From contig OX597829.1 of NCBI GenBank assembly GCA_951406725.2, positions 17,918,001 through 17,982,000 on the forward strand: 64,000 bases of DNA. Reading direction: 5' to 3'. The number at the start of each line of letters is the position of its first letter. The stretch's first letter is position 1. The position numbers and the translations under genes were made by a program. The notes below the pieces were generated by a model. It had not been told where the DNA came from. It saw only the letters and a list, made by a program, of their open reading frames with translations, and ran no database searches. This DNA comes from Octopus vulgaris (lineage: Eukaryota). This document shows positions 26,543 to 40,598 of this stretch, piece after piece.

Positions 26543-27800
26543 AGTGATCCGGGTTTTCACATTGATGTGAAAACCCGGTAGATACTAACAAGCACACATA
26601 ATTTCCACATCAACAGTGACGTAGCCCGCCTCTACCTAAAACAAAAATAAGACGGCAGAGGCTTAACATCGATCCAAAATGCCTTTGAATGTTGTATTAT
26701 ATATATCCATTCGGCAATATCTTCTAACCACCAAGTGTCGAAGTGCATCTCTTGATCTAGTTTGCATTAATGTGGCCGATAACATCATGAGACTTGCAAA
26801 GCAGCTCTTTGAGTAGCATTCTTTGTCTGATGACCTCAAATACATGCCCAAAGAAGTTGCACGACTCTACTGCAATGTATCATCAGATGAAAAGATGAGC
26901 CTATATCAGTAGAAGACTACGCATGGATATGTTAGTAGAAAGCTCCATGATGATAGTAACATCGATAATCAAAGCAGTTTATCTTAAACCAAAAGCCGGA
27001 TTAGTACCTCCCACTTTGAAGGGTTTGCGTTTGCAATCCAGGAACAAGAAATATCAACCAAATACCTGATGCACGAAAGGCATACAGAAGCAAGAAAAGC
27101 AGTAAAATGTGACAACCGATGCAGAATTTGTGGAGTTCACACTGAAGTTGTCACCCACATCATAAGCAGTTGTCCGAAAATGTCATCACGGTATTATCTA
27201 CCGAGGAAACATGATTTTATATAATGAAATCCATCAGAAAAATAACCCTGAGGACAAAGAAATAAGAATCTACAATATGGGAGAAACCATAGCCACCCAT
27301 AATACAAAAGGAGTACTGGTGGAATGTCCCAGAGAAAACCTCAATAAAATGCAAACGTAATAGACCTGACATTGTAATTTGGGACTGAAAAGAAAAACTG
27401 TGTACATTTGTGGAAATCAGCTGCGCAGCAGATTTTAACATAAAGCTGAAGATCAGTGAAAAAGAGAATACCTATGCTGAATTATTGAGAGATCTGCAGT
27501 TACTCTATTCAGATTACAAGTTCAGGCTTATACCTGTAATTATTGGGATCGTGAAATATGTAACACACTGCCTAAATACCAATCTTAAGAAATTAGGCTT
27601 CTCATAACAAGAAAGGAGAAATCTGATTCGAATACTACAGATCCAAGGCATCAGTGGAACTGTAACAATCTGTAAAACTTTCAGGAAGTTTATCATTTAA
27701 GTGCATATGAGCATGTCTAGACATGCAACTATATGCATGAGAATACATATATAAAACATACATACAAATCTGCACACATACATAATACATACATACATAT
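26540..27800 (+). mobile_element. R4/Dong-like restriction-endonuclease LINE, 3' part, decayed
   Basis: NFHINSDVARLYL..GRGL, FEGFAFAIQEQEIST, CDNRCRICGVHTEVVTHIISSC, RPDIVIWD, VEISC..D..K..EK...YAEL, IPVIIG; starts after (TTC)n and ends in (TACA)n. Confidence 0.85.
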
Positions 27801-27866
27801 CGATATATTTTACTCGTTTCAGTCTAAAACTGTATATAGCTAACAAATATAACTAACATAAATAAT

Positions 27867-28215
27867 TTGCGGTCCAAGGGAGACCATCGTAGGCCAAAAC
27901 CCATTATTCAACCCAGAGATGCCCCCCTTAATGTAAGAGTTGACTCTCCGAGCCAGTACAAGAACAGGAAAAACTATATCTGGTTTGTGATTCCCTTTGG
28001 TAAACAAATCAGATCTAACCTACCGTTGCAGTTTCGCCAAGCCATTGCCAGAAATTTTCCCAGAAATCCGACTATAAATTCGCACAAAGTAAGGATAGCT
28101 TTCTCAAATACTAAAAATCTTTCACAGATAATTGCCTCCCATAACAATAAGCTGCTAAATAAGGCCCTGTCACCCATGAGCAGAGACTCTGCCCCGTTAA
28201 ATTCCAACATAACAT

Positions 28216-28246
<31 letters not shown>

Positions 28247-28949
28247 TAGAAGTAGCACAGATATTAGCAGCTTTCATACCAGCATTGGCGTTAGTAATAG
28301 TAATAAGGATAAGAGCACTGACCTCGTCAATAACGGTGGGAGTCTCAACAATAATATTAGCAGCGGTTTTAACAACAGTAGTTTTACGGACATTATCAAT
28401 CACAGCATTCCAATAAACAGGGAATATGCAGGTGATATTGCCTTAAATAGTAATGATAATGGGGTGAATAGTATCGAATCCAGCGGTAGTTTTTACAACC
28501 ATCATAGTAATAAGGACGCTGTATTAGTATCGGAAACCAATCCCAATAGAATAAGGTTCTTATCAAATAACTCCAAAATTAGAAACGCCATTTACCAGTG
28601 CAGAGTATATGCTGGATCCGATGTCTTCCTCTATATCGGCGCTACATCATCTAAATTAGCCACTAGAATATCGAACCATTTTACCACGTTTAGGGATGAA
28701 AAGAAACAACACTCTACTGGACTAAGCAAATTAGTCTGGCGTTTGAAGAACGCGAACTCAACTTTTAGGCTGGAATGGTCAATATTATCGGTGTCTTTAC
28801 CGTTTGATAAGGGCAAAAAAATCTGTGCCCTTTGTAATTCCGAACTCTTTCATATTCTGTTTGCCCGAGGCCGTCTAATAAACTCGATTGTGGAGAGTTC
28901 GTTCAGATGCCCACACTGGAAAAATCATACCTTTTTCTCATACCAATGA
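27867..28949 (+). CDS. PLE C-terminal region: RT thumb/linker, Asn-rich insert and GIY-YIG endonuclease (open 360 codons, TTG start, probably truncated)
   Basis: RKNYIWFVIPF...KVRIAFSNTKNLSQIIASHNNKLL; AIYQC...LYIGATSSKLATRISNH...STGLSKLVW.LK...W.IL...CALCNSE...RCPH. Confidence 0.8.
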
Positions 28950-29524
28950 AGTCTAATATAGATAACCCCTGGATTTCCTAAAAAACTTTGAAAGGTGATA
29001 CATCATCCCTGTTAGTATAAAAGACTTTCTCATAGTTGCCAAGAACTACTACCAATCCCAACAGTAACCTTGTATCTTGTCATTGCTAGGGTGACCGCCC
29101 TCTCCCTATTAAGTTGTCACATTCGAACACACAGACACAGTCTTTTCAGTTCTTGACCGTTAATTCTTGCTATCTCTCTCTCTCTCTGCATTCCACACAC
29201 ACTTTCACGCATTCAAAGACGCACACACACACATACATTAAGGCAATTTTTACACACTCATACATTCGAGCACTCATTCATAAAATAAATCAAATATATA
29301 CACCAGTCATACAGAATAAATTCACACTCTTTAATTTTCCTTTACCTTCCTTCTACTACCGTGATGCTGCCCTTGAACTATATCAACGGACAATCTCTTC
29401 TGCTTTCATCCAATCTGGCGTCAACCCCTATAAAAAGACATTTTTTATCATTACTTTTATGGGCTCCTCGTGAGCAGTCATCGAAAAGCTTGTTGTACAT
29501 TTTGTTGGAGAATTAAGTTCCTGG

Positions 29525-29610
29525 ATTTTCCTGAAGAGAAAGCTGCATAATGGACTCCTTAGTCACTCGGAATTAGGGACTTTGCAAACTTCGAAACATA
29601 TGTCGAAAAT
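29525..29610 (+). ncRNA. Type I hammerhead ribozyme with intact core and extended stem II
   Basis: Stem I attttc/gaaaat; CTGAAGA 29531-29537; stem II gaaag-ctgca...tgca-aa-cttc with inner tcctta/taggga; GAAAC-ATAT-GTC 29593-29604 (palindrome ACATATGT); AATAAA follows. Confidence 0.85.
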
Positions 29611-30122
29611 AAAATAAAGGAATTTTGTTAAATCTTCGTTCAGCTCCATTCTTTCCTATACTTAATATATAAAACTTCAAATTTCCGCACTAAGGCACGG
29701 ATTTTATGCCCTATGGTCGTAACTTCAACCGTGCCCTTTCTGTTGTGTGTTTGCTACCCAGGTATCGGTTATCTTTCGAACTATCCGTAATAAGATAATT
29801 CATTTGTCTACTTAAATAATTATATATATATATATATATATATGAATTTAGATATGTGTGTCTGTCTGTATGCCTGTGTAATGCTTATTTGTGTGTGTGT
29901 TGTCTGCGTTTTTTGATCCATTTGCAAACGAAGAAAAAAAATGTTGAATGTGTATGTAGAGTGTATATTTCATTAGAAAACAAATGCTTCTAATGAAAAG
30001 TATGCGTATGTATACACTTGTATATGTGAGTGTGTGCGTGCATGTTTATGAATACACATGTTTGCATTTGGATAGTATACACACATGTATGTATATTCAT
30101 ATATTTTATAAATATATAAGTC

Positions 30123-30179
<57 letters not shown>

Positions 30180-30427
30180 GTGTGTGTGTATATATGTATA
30201 TATATATGTGTGTGTGGTGCGTGTGCATGTGTGTGTGCGCGTGAACATAAGCATACATATATATGCGTGCGTGTATATAAAAAATATATATATATCCATC
30301 CTTTCACACACACATACACTTTTATATACAGACATATATGAATCTGTGGGTGTGCTTGAGTGTGTTTGTGTGTGCGCAAGTCTGTGTGTGTGTGTTTGCG
30401 CACGCGTGTGATTCTATGTTTATGTAG

Positions 30428-30467
<40 letters not shown>

Positions 30468-31043
30468 TATGTATGTACGTAGTATGTATGTATGTATGTA
30501 TGTATGTATGTATGTATGTATAAACATAACTACATAAACATGATAGACATACAGAAGCATATACACGCGTGCACACACAGAAGCATATATATATATACAT
30601 ATACCTTCGTATATAACCCTGAAACAACAAATAAACTTTAGACAAAAAAAAAAGAAAGAATTAAAAAAATAATATCAACTAATTGTCAACAAATCACTCG
30701 ACAGTTTGTAAAATAGAGTGAAGCAATTTATTGAAAAGCCGTTGGCTTTATAAGCAAAGCTCACACTTCCAGAGAATCAAATATTCGTGAGAAAAACCAA
30801 AACTATCATTTAAAAGAAAACGTTGACCGACTGAATCGTGACAGTTCCTATCTCTGTCACGCAGCAGCGTTTCCCCCCTTCTCTCCCTCCCCAGCATGCC
30901 AAGTTTGCTTTCCTTAAATATATACATATACATATACATACATACATACGTGCATACATATATATATACATATACATATACATATACATACATACATACA
31001 TACATATATATATATACATAAACATATACATATACATACATAC

Positions 31044-31074
<31 letters not shown>

Positions 31075-31107
31075 CATAAATACATACATAAATACATAAG
31101 TACATAT

Positions 31108-31512
31108 GTGCAGGAGTGGCTGTGTGGTAAGTAGCTTGCTAACCAACCACATGGTTCTGGGTTCAGTCCCACTGCGTGGCATCATGGGCAAGTGTCTTCT
31201 GCTATAGTCCCGGGCCGACCAATGCCTTGTGAGTGTATTTGGTACGGAAACTGAAAGAAGCCTGGTATATATATGTATATATATATATATAAGTGTGTGT
31301 GTATATGTTTGTGTGTCTGTGTCTGTCCCCCTAGCATTGCTTGGCAACCGATGCTGGTGTGTTTACGTCCCCGTCACTTAGCGGTTCGGCAAAAGAGACC
31401 GATAGAATAAGTACTGGGCTTACAAAGAATAAGTCCCGGGGTCGATTTGCTCGACTAAAGGCGGTGCTCCAGCATGGCCGCAGTCAAATGACTGAAACAA
31501 GTAAAAGAGTAA
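31108..31512 (+). mobile_element. SINE family A, full length
   Basis: Head, core and tail all present. Confidence 0.92.
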
Positions 31513-31529
31513 AGGAGAGTATACATATA

Positions 31530-31614
<85 letters not shown>

Positions 31615-31834
31615 ATGTATGTATTTAAATATATGTGGGTGAGTTTGTGTGCATGTGTGTATATATGTATATATTATATGTGTGTATGTGTGTGTCAGTG
31701 TGTGCGTATACATATATACATACATATATAAACATATGTATATACATATATATAAATACGTGTATGTATATGTATATGTATGCGCATATATATGTACATA
31801 TATACATATATATATGGGTATATATACATATACG

Positions 31835-31901
<67 letters not shown>

Positions 31902-32814
31902 ATGTATGTATGTATATATGTATGTATATTCATACATGTATACTTATATACATATGTGTATACATATACACAGACACATTCATATATATATATATATATA
32001 TATATACGTGTGTATGTATATAGATGTATATATATATATATCTATATCTATATATATATATATATATATATATATGTCTATATATACACATACATGTATT
32101 TTTGTACATGTATACGTATATGTATGTATATATATATATATATAGATAGATATATATAGATATATATATATATGTGTACGTATGTGTATGTATATATATA
32201 TATGTGTGTGTGTGTGAATACACATATGCATATTCATTATTGGTGACGAAACCTTTTTTTTAGTGTAGTGTCGAAGAGCAATGTATATAACCTACTTAAC
32301 GTGGATGTGCTGTGAGAAAGTCACAATACTGCGGCATTCGATTTTAGAAAGCATTTTATACACTCGTATAGCGATAAAAAGTACAGAAGTATGTGTAGCA
32401 AACGTAAAGTGAATTCGGTATCAAGTATCTACTGACTGTCAACCGCGTCCTTCGTTATAATTATTGCTTTTGCCCTAAATGGTTAGATTTTATACAACCC
32501 ATGAATTCTTTGCGACAAAGGCGATATTTTTGTAAACATGCGGTTGATAGAAGATACTTGCTACAGATTTCGCGCAAATACGCAAAAATCACATTATCTA
32601 AGAATTTCACCGCTGCCGTTAGACACTTCGTCTGCTACTAATGAATCTGTGCTTTTCAACACTAGAAGTCAAAACGAGATGATTTCTGAATATGAAAAAT
32701 ATCAATATTGTGGTTTATTTCCACGTTAAGATAAACAGATTGCTAATCATTATCTATCAACTATCGATTTGTTGATCTACCTGGCAGTCTGTCTATACAT
32801 CTTGACAAGTAGGT

Positions 32815-33210
<396 letters not shown>

Positions 33211-33764
33211 TATTTTATTCTTTCACTTGTTTCATTCATTTGATTGCGTCCATGTTGAACGCCTCGACGTGCCAGAAATTATAATGAAATCACGCTATTT
33301 AAAATGAATGCATCTGGTAATGTGGTCTTTTAAAACTCAATGCCTTTTTGTCTCTCAAAAAAAATAAAACAGACAGGATGGTCACAGCTGGAACATCTTT
33401 CCTGGCAAGGCACTTTGGTCATGGTTGGCGTGGCGCTAAACAACTACTACAACAACAACAACAACAACAGCAACACTCGGAAAGAGAAATAAATAAACGC
33501 ATTACTCTTTTTTTAAGAGTATCACAGCACAAATTGCTATCGAGAGATTGGGTGGTTATGGTCTGATTGGGAAGTAATATATAAAAGGAGAAACAAAATA
33601 AAGTAAAAGATTTATTTTTATTAAACTGTATAAATATTATACTCAGTGGGTAACAAACAGCAGACGGCTGGTCGGCATTTTTTCTCTTCTGCTATTAGTA
33701 TCCAGCGAAGAAATTCTACAGATATCAAGTCTTAATTAAATTTTTTTATTGCAATTTGCTACTT

Positions 33765-33766
33765 AT

Positions 33767-33799
<33 letters not shown>

Positions 33800-34019
33800 A
33801 ATTGTTGTCATCGCTGCTGCCGTCGTCATCGTCATCATCGTCATCATCATCATCATCAACAATAACAACAACAATAACATCGCTGTTGTTATTATCAGGA
33901 CAAACAATATTACCAACGTTTATTATTGCCGACGACGCTGTTATGGCCGCGTTTCTCTTTATCATGATTGTCATCAGCGTTAATAATCATCACCATCGTC
34001 ATCGTCTGCAATATGATGA

Positions 34020-34053
<34 letters not shown>

Positions 34054-34205
34054 GGTGGTGGTGGTGGCGGCGGCGACGGCGGCGGCGGCGGCGGTGGTGG
34101 TGGTGGTGGTGGTGGTGGTGGTGGTGGTGGTGGTGGTGGTGGTGGTGGCGGCGGCGGCGGGGGTTGTGGTGGTGGTGGTGGTGATGACGACGACGACGTT
34201 GATGA
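33765..34205. repeat. Compound trinucleotide tract (ATC, GAT, GGT, GGC)
   Basis: Seen directly. Confidence 0.9.
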
Positions 34206-34419
34206 TTTTTATGTTATTTGTCGCTTTGGTGAAGGATGACGGGATCAATAGAAAGACAGACATAAAGTGTTGGGGTTTACATATAATGAAATTAATTAAA
34301 AAAGTAAAATGTATACAATAAAACAAAGAAGGGGAATAAACATACAAAAGTAAAAGAAAAGAAGAAGGAAAAAAGGATGATAGAGATGTTGTCCTCCTCA
34401 TACAGGAGAATCTCCTGGG

Positions 34420-35990
34420 ATAATCGAGGAATTCCACCGTCGAAGATTTCCTTCAACACCAAAGGCAAATGTCCTCTCCAATTCCTTTTCTCCTACTCAC
34501 AGGTTTATGCTTAGAGCGGTGCCATCCACTTTTGCCATTTTCGCAAAATTCACTTCAGGACACCACCACCCTCTCTACCCTCACTTTCCTTTTCAAGTGA
34601 AACTTGAAAAAGTCGATAGAGGCTTTACCAAAGAGTAATGTCTCTGCCCTCATTCCTTTCAGCCTCGTCCACCAGACAACCTCCTTCACCACCGCGGCCA
34701 GGCAAAGGAAAACTGCCTTGCCTGCCCGATTAAAGGTGGTCGCATCTCTCCGCCATTAATCCTTTATATATTGCTAAAGTGGAACATCTTATTGCCCATC
34801 TTCAAGTGGAATGTGAGGGTCTGACGACTTTCTAGATACCAGGCGCTCACTCTCGGTCTCTTCTTCACCGAAGACGGTAGCTCTGTGAAAGAGACAAACT
34901 GCGGAAAGGTATGCCTCAGAAACGGAGCCCACACACATTCACCGTCAAGAAATCGTTACTCGTGGCACAACCAAAACTCATGTCTGCGCATCAGTAGCCA
35001 CAGCATGCATATGTTTCCTTGCAGAGAGCGCCTGATCAGTGGAACGCGTCTCTTCCATAAGAAAATAAACAAGAGACACTCTAACCTGATCAAACAGTAA
35101 CTGAGACAAGGCACAACGGTCAAGCAATAAATAATGATGGAGGCGATATAGGTATTCGCCACCTCTATCCGACCTTTCGGAAACAGTTTCCTCTCTGCCT
35201 ATTTCTTGTTAAGACTGGCCACTCTGTTTGTCACCGCGTCCCAGTTTTTATCGGAACCGAACCAGACACCGAACTGGTTCATCAATTGATTTGCTTCTCC
35301 AGATAACCAGTCGCGAACCTACCGATTCGTCGATGTTGATTTTGGCCCTGCAATCGACTCATATTCCTTTAGAATGGAGCCGATCGTCTCCACTTCGGAG
35401 GCGTCCGACACCATGACGGTGGAGTGGTCCGCGTACGCTGACACTGCTCTCCTGAGTCCCAGTTCGAAAGGGAGGCACCTCAACTGTTCCAACTTCTGCA
35501 GCAATGGCTTAAGAGCTAGCACGTGCAGAAGAGGTGATAGCGGGCAGCCCTGACGGACCGAGCGTGCGATGAAAATCAGTTCCGATAGATGGTCGTTTAC
35601 TTTGACTACCGAGCAAGTGCCGCTGTGCACTGCAGCGATCCACCCTTTGAAAACGGGTCCGAAACTAGTTGCTTTAAGTAGCGATGGTAGACCCCATTGG
35701 ATGCTTTCAACTGATCCGAATTGATCAGGGCCCCACCGAAGCCAGCTTTAGTCTTAGCCCTCTCTACGATGTATCACAATAGGTGGAAGTTATCGGGGAT
35801 AGACATGTTCGAGATTGCGCACGTTTGCGCTCCTCCAACCGAACCACCGACGACAAGCATTAACTTTTTCCCTACTACTTTAACCAAAATCGTAAAATCT
35901 GTGTTTCGCAGAATTATGGGCCGAAAATTTCCTTGAACGTCCCTGTATTGGTGTCCTTTCTCAGCAGCATTACACCGCCAGAAGTTGTTC
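34420..35990 (-). mobile_element. Decayed Tx1/L1-like LINE ORF2 (RT and C-terminal part)
   Basis: NFRPIILRNTDFTILVKV, RSVRQGCPLSPLL, VSAYAD, YCLTVVP...LF.FLW. Confidence 0.82.
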
Positions 35991-35999
35991 TTGACAAAC

Positions 36000-36222
36000 A
36001 ACGGCAGTAATTTTATTCAGCTGAATACACGTCATTAATTGGTTGAAATTATCGAAATACGACAACTTTAACAAAAAGTAACTTCCAAGATACAGAATTT
36101 TCTCAACAACGCCAAATATAAAAGATGTTTTATGTGACACATTCTACAAGTATACGAAGTTTGAAAGTGTTTAATTACAAAAACTTATTTTTAAATCTGT
36201 CAGTCAAAAGGTAAAGATCCGA
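36000..36222. mobile_element. Diverged partial copy of the 58981-59428 MITE family
   Basis: cattctacaagtatacgaagtttgaaagtgttt...aaagatcc is the reverse complement of the left half of 58981-59180. Confidence 0.7.
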
Positions 36223-36949
36223 AAAATCTTAAATGACTGCTACCGCCATTAGTAGTGTAGTTATTAAGCTTTCTGCGCTGAAGAATAGCTCACAACGATT
36301 TTCTCGCGGCACACACCAAATAAACAATATGCTATAATTAACAGCTACAGAAGCAATATTAATACCAAAAAGTAATTTTGATCAACTTAATGGGGTAGAT
36401 TGTGTTAGAACACAGAATACTGCATTAGTTACCTTCAGAAGATCTTTCATTTGGACACGTGGTAATTGCGCCCGTAAAGCACCAGTAATTGTAGACAAGA
36501 ATTAGATGATTTCACTTTGCTATAGGTTCCTCAGTGACAGATGTCCAGAAGCTCGATAACAGCCGGATCGCCCGTTAACGATACATAGAATCTCAGTGTC
36601 TATTCAGGCACTGGTGCCGCATGCACCAATTATTTTTTGTGACTTAAAATTTATTGGCATTTTCCAGAAAAATTCTGGCTATACTGATCCTAATGTACAC
36701 CTGTAATGAAATTATAATTTACATTGTCAATTCAATGCATTCACCTTCCTAACTTTCAACTTTGGAGTAAGAACGAAAATTATCAATGAATTTGAATTGA
36801 TATTTTCTGAAGGATGTTTTGCATTTACGCAGAGCTTTTTCTTTCGGAAATCTCAGTGAGAGTTTGTCAGATGACCATAAATCATATAATAATTCGGACT
36901 ATTGTAGTCGTCTGATTTATGTCTCTATTAGTAACAATTACTGAAAGAC

Positions 36950-37500
36950 GACGCATTGGCAAAATGGTTAGAGCGTCAGAAAATATTTTGTGATGTCTTC
37001 TCAGGCTCTTTCCATTCTCATTTCAAATTCCACCGAGTACAACTTTGCCAAAATTTGAAATCATTATTTAAAGCGATGAGCTGTCGGAGTCTTTAGCGCG
37101 TCGAACAAAATGCTTTGCGTTTCAAATACATATTTCTTTATTACCCACAAGGGGCTAAACACAGAGGGGAGAAACGGATTAAGTCGATTACATCGACCCC
37201 AGTGCGTAACTGGTACTTAATTTATCGACCCCGAAAGGATGAAACGCAAAGTCGACCTCGGTGGAATTTGAACTCAGAACGTAACGGCAGACGAAATACG
37301 GCCACGCATTTCGCCCGGCGTGCTAATGTTTCTGCCAGCTCGCCGCCTTATTTGAATTCAAATACCAACGAGGTCAACTTTGTCTTTCGTCTCTTTATGT
37401 TCGATAAAGTAAACTACCAACAAAATACTAGCATCGATATCATCAACTTGTCCCCTTTTCTTAAAATCAGTCACCTAATGCCAAAATTAGAAAGAGTTGT
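36950..37500. mobile_element. Cluster of SINE family B copies: a young minus-strand copy (37132-37349) nested in an older plus-strand copy
   Basis: The old head at ~37070-37115 resumes at 37350 (ttgaattcaaataccaacgaggtcaactttg) after the inverted younger copy. Confidence 0.8.
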
Positions 37501-38005
37501 TATCATTGATAATATAATTTTAATTTGTAATTGAATAAAAACAACAAAAAATACATTAGTTTCTCGTCGTTTTAATTAAATTTATTTAAACAAGTCTAAA
37601 TCAATCATCAACTTTGAAATGTAAATTGTAGTAAGATATGTAAATGTGGTGTGTGTGTATATGTACGGGTGTGCGTGTTTGCAAGTGTGTGTGTGTGTGT
37701 GCGTGTGCATGTATGTATGTTTGCATGTATATGTGTATGCATGTGTGTTTGTATGTATGCATGTATGCATGGATGGATATATGTGCATGTGTATGGCTGG
37801 GTGGATGGCTGGGTGGATGGATGCATACTTGTTATGCAAGAGCACATGTAATCAGATGAAAAAAGCTGATCGTGAAGCAAAACAAATATGTAACATGTTC
37901 ACACCTCAATATTAACTACATATCATGTTTCTATTTCAGAAAATTTTTAATTGAAACTAATCTTATCTCAATACAATGAACTAGAAAGTATTTACTTAAC
38001 ATTGA

Positions 38006-38204
<199 letters not shown>

Positions 38205-38545
38205 ATACTTTTTAATACTTTTTGATAGTTATATTTTTTTTTAAATTAAATTAAATTAAATTAAAATAATAAAAATAAAAATAAAAATAAATATAATAAT
38301 TTAAATAATTTTTAAAATTTTAACTTTAAATTTAAATAATTTAAATTTTGAATTTTATATTTCATATATTTTGTATATTATATTAACTAATTTTATTTCT
38401 ATGTATTGGTTTATGTTTTTCACTGTTTGATTTGCCTAATAGTGGTTTTATCTCTAATTTAATATATATACATACAAATATATATGTATACATATATATA
38501 TACATGTATATATATATGTATACATATATATATATATATATATAC

Positions 38546-38596
<51 letters not shown>

Positions 38597-39689
38597 AATG
38601 GAGTAATTACTATGAAGCACTGTGTAGAATATATGTATAAAAGATCGTGGGTATGTCCGCTATACATATGCTCACACAGACGCACATCGGCAACATTCAT
38701 TAATTTCTTGAAAATGGGGTCATAACCCCGAAATATTGAATACAAGGTAAGTCTACATTAACTCATATATTTGTTTTCTTGTGATTTACTTTGCATTTAC
38801 TTCGCATTGTTTTGGCCTTACCCACGATCTGTTATACAATATATATATATATATATGTATGTATATAATAGTGGGGTAGGCCGATATATGGGGTTACCCT
38901 GGTTTTCTCGCTCATAAGGGGTTTAGCCTTACGGCGTATCTTCAGACCCCCACACACTCTCTTTAAAGTATTGAGGGGGAAAGCCTGGTTTTTAAGAATA
39001 AAACCCTAGGTAATTATCTCCCTTTGCCATTATCCATCGATCTTCGGCCGCGCTGCCATCTTGCGGTCACCAATGCACCACGAAGGTAAGCGATTGCCTC
39101 CATTCGGCCTTGGTTATTGGTCTCCGGCTGTGGGGCCGCCTTGAGGATTCCAAGAGGCCAGCAGAAATTTACTAAAATACAAGCACGGTCCGAAAACCTC
39201 CGTCCTGGAGTTCAGGATGGCCTCTGGCACGAGCGAGTCTTTAAGGATCCTCGTGCTTTCGGCAATGCAAAACGCACACCGTTTTCGTCCGGTTGATACA
39301 GGGGCTTTGGTTGTCAAGTATTTTCCATGCGATCGAGTATAGAATATCTTCATCTCGTAATTGCCAGATATGGCTGGTCAGCGATGTCACGTATCTCCTT
39401 TCCAGGACTCTGAAGGAGGACAGATGATTGGAAATACGATCTTAGAGAGAGTTCCCAGTGCACCCCCACGTACTTCTGTATGTGATGCGTGATGTCGGTG
39501 CGCATGTTGCTGCTGTCGTTGCGCCTGTTGCTGTTGTAGGTGCTGCTGTTGCTTATGCTATTGTTGCTGCAATTGCTGCTACCGTTGCCGTTGAGTCTAT
39601 AGTAGTGGCAGCAGAGGCAACTGATCCAGTTCCATCGCTGGCTCTAACGGCATCAGCAGCAGAACAGGAATTAGCGATAGCACTACTGT

Positions 39690-39751
<62 letters not shown>

Positions 39752-40094
39752 TGTGTGTGTGTGCATGTATGTGTGTATGTATATGTTTGTATGCATGTAT
39801 GTATGTGTGTGTGTGGATGCAATAAAGTCCATCCGCCACACTTGTCAGTTCATCATCATTGCCTCGAGGTCCGGAATACGTTCCAGGCCCGCATAAGTGG
39901 ATGACGTTTTCCCCTTCTTATACCACCATGAAGAGGGTTCGAGACTACTTTGGGTTCTTCCAATTCAGAGTGGCCCACGCAGTGGACAAACAGTCGCCGT
40001 CGTCCTTCCCTGATTGACTAAATTAGCACTTACAACTACTTCGTTGAAAGCTAATATCAACCCTGATCAATATTTGATCCTAATTCAAATCATT

Positions 40095-40211
40095 GGCTCC
40101 GGGTTGAGTCCCATTGCGTAGCACCTTGGGCAAGTGTCTTCTATTATAGCCTCGGGCTGACCAAAGCCTTGTGAGTGGATTTGGTAGACGGAAACTGAAA
40201 GAAGCCCGTCG

Positions 40212-40269
<58 letters not shown>

Positions 40270-40369
40270 TACGTTTCGAGCCTACGCTCTTCTAGAGAAA
40301 GGGACACAGAAAAAACAAGGAGAGAAAAAAATGTGTTTAGTGGCTAACGATATATACATGTGTGTGCGC

Positions 40370-40414
<45 letters not shown>

Positions 40415-40598
40415 TCCCCCAACATCGCTTGACAACCGATGTTGTTGTGTTCATGTCCCCGTAAACTAGCGGTTCGGCAAAAGAGACCGATAGAATAAGT
40501 ACTAGCCTTACAAAAGAATAAGTCCTGGGGTCGATTAGCTCGACTAAAGGCGGTGCTCCAGCATGGCCACAGTCAAACGACTGAAACAAGTTAAAAGA
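40095..40598 (+). mobile_element. SINE family A with another repeat inserted in its (TG)n linker (40265-40352)
   Basis: Core and tail match other copies; the insert is the reverse complement of 61418-61517. Confidence 0.88.

Larger units (their letters stand above)
27810..29820 (+). mobile_element. 5'-truncated Penelope-like element (thumb/linker, GIY-YIG, 3' UTR/pseudo-LTR with hammerhead)
   Basis: Contains ORF 27867-28949 and the hammerhead at 29525-29610; bounded by TA-rich microsatellites. Confidence 0.85.

Noticed and set aside
36433-36700. Possible minus-strand exon with acceptor ttcattacag and donor aag|gtaac
   Set aside because: Stop codons in all three frames and no neighbouring exons identified.
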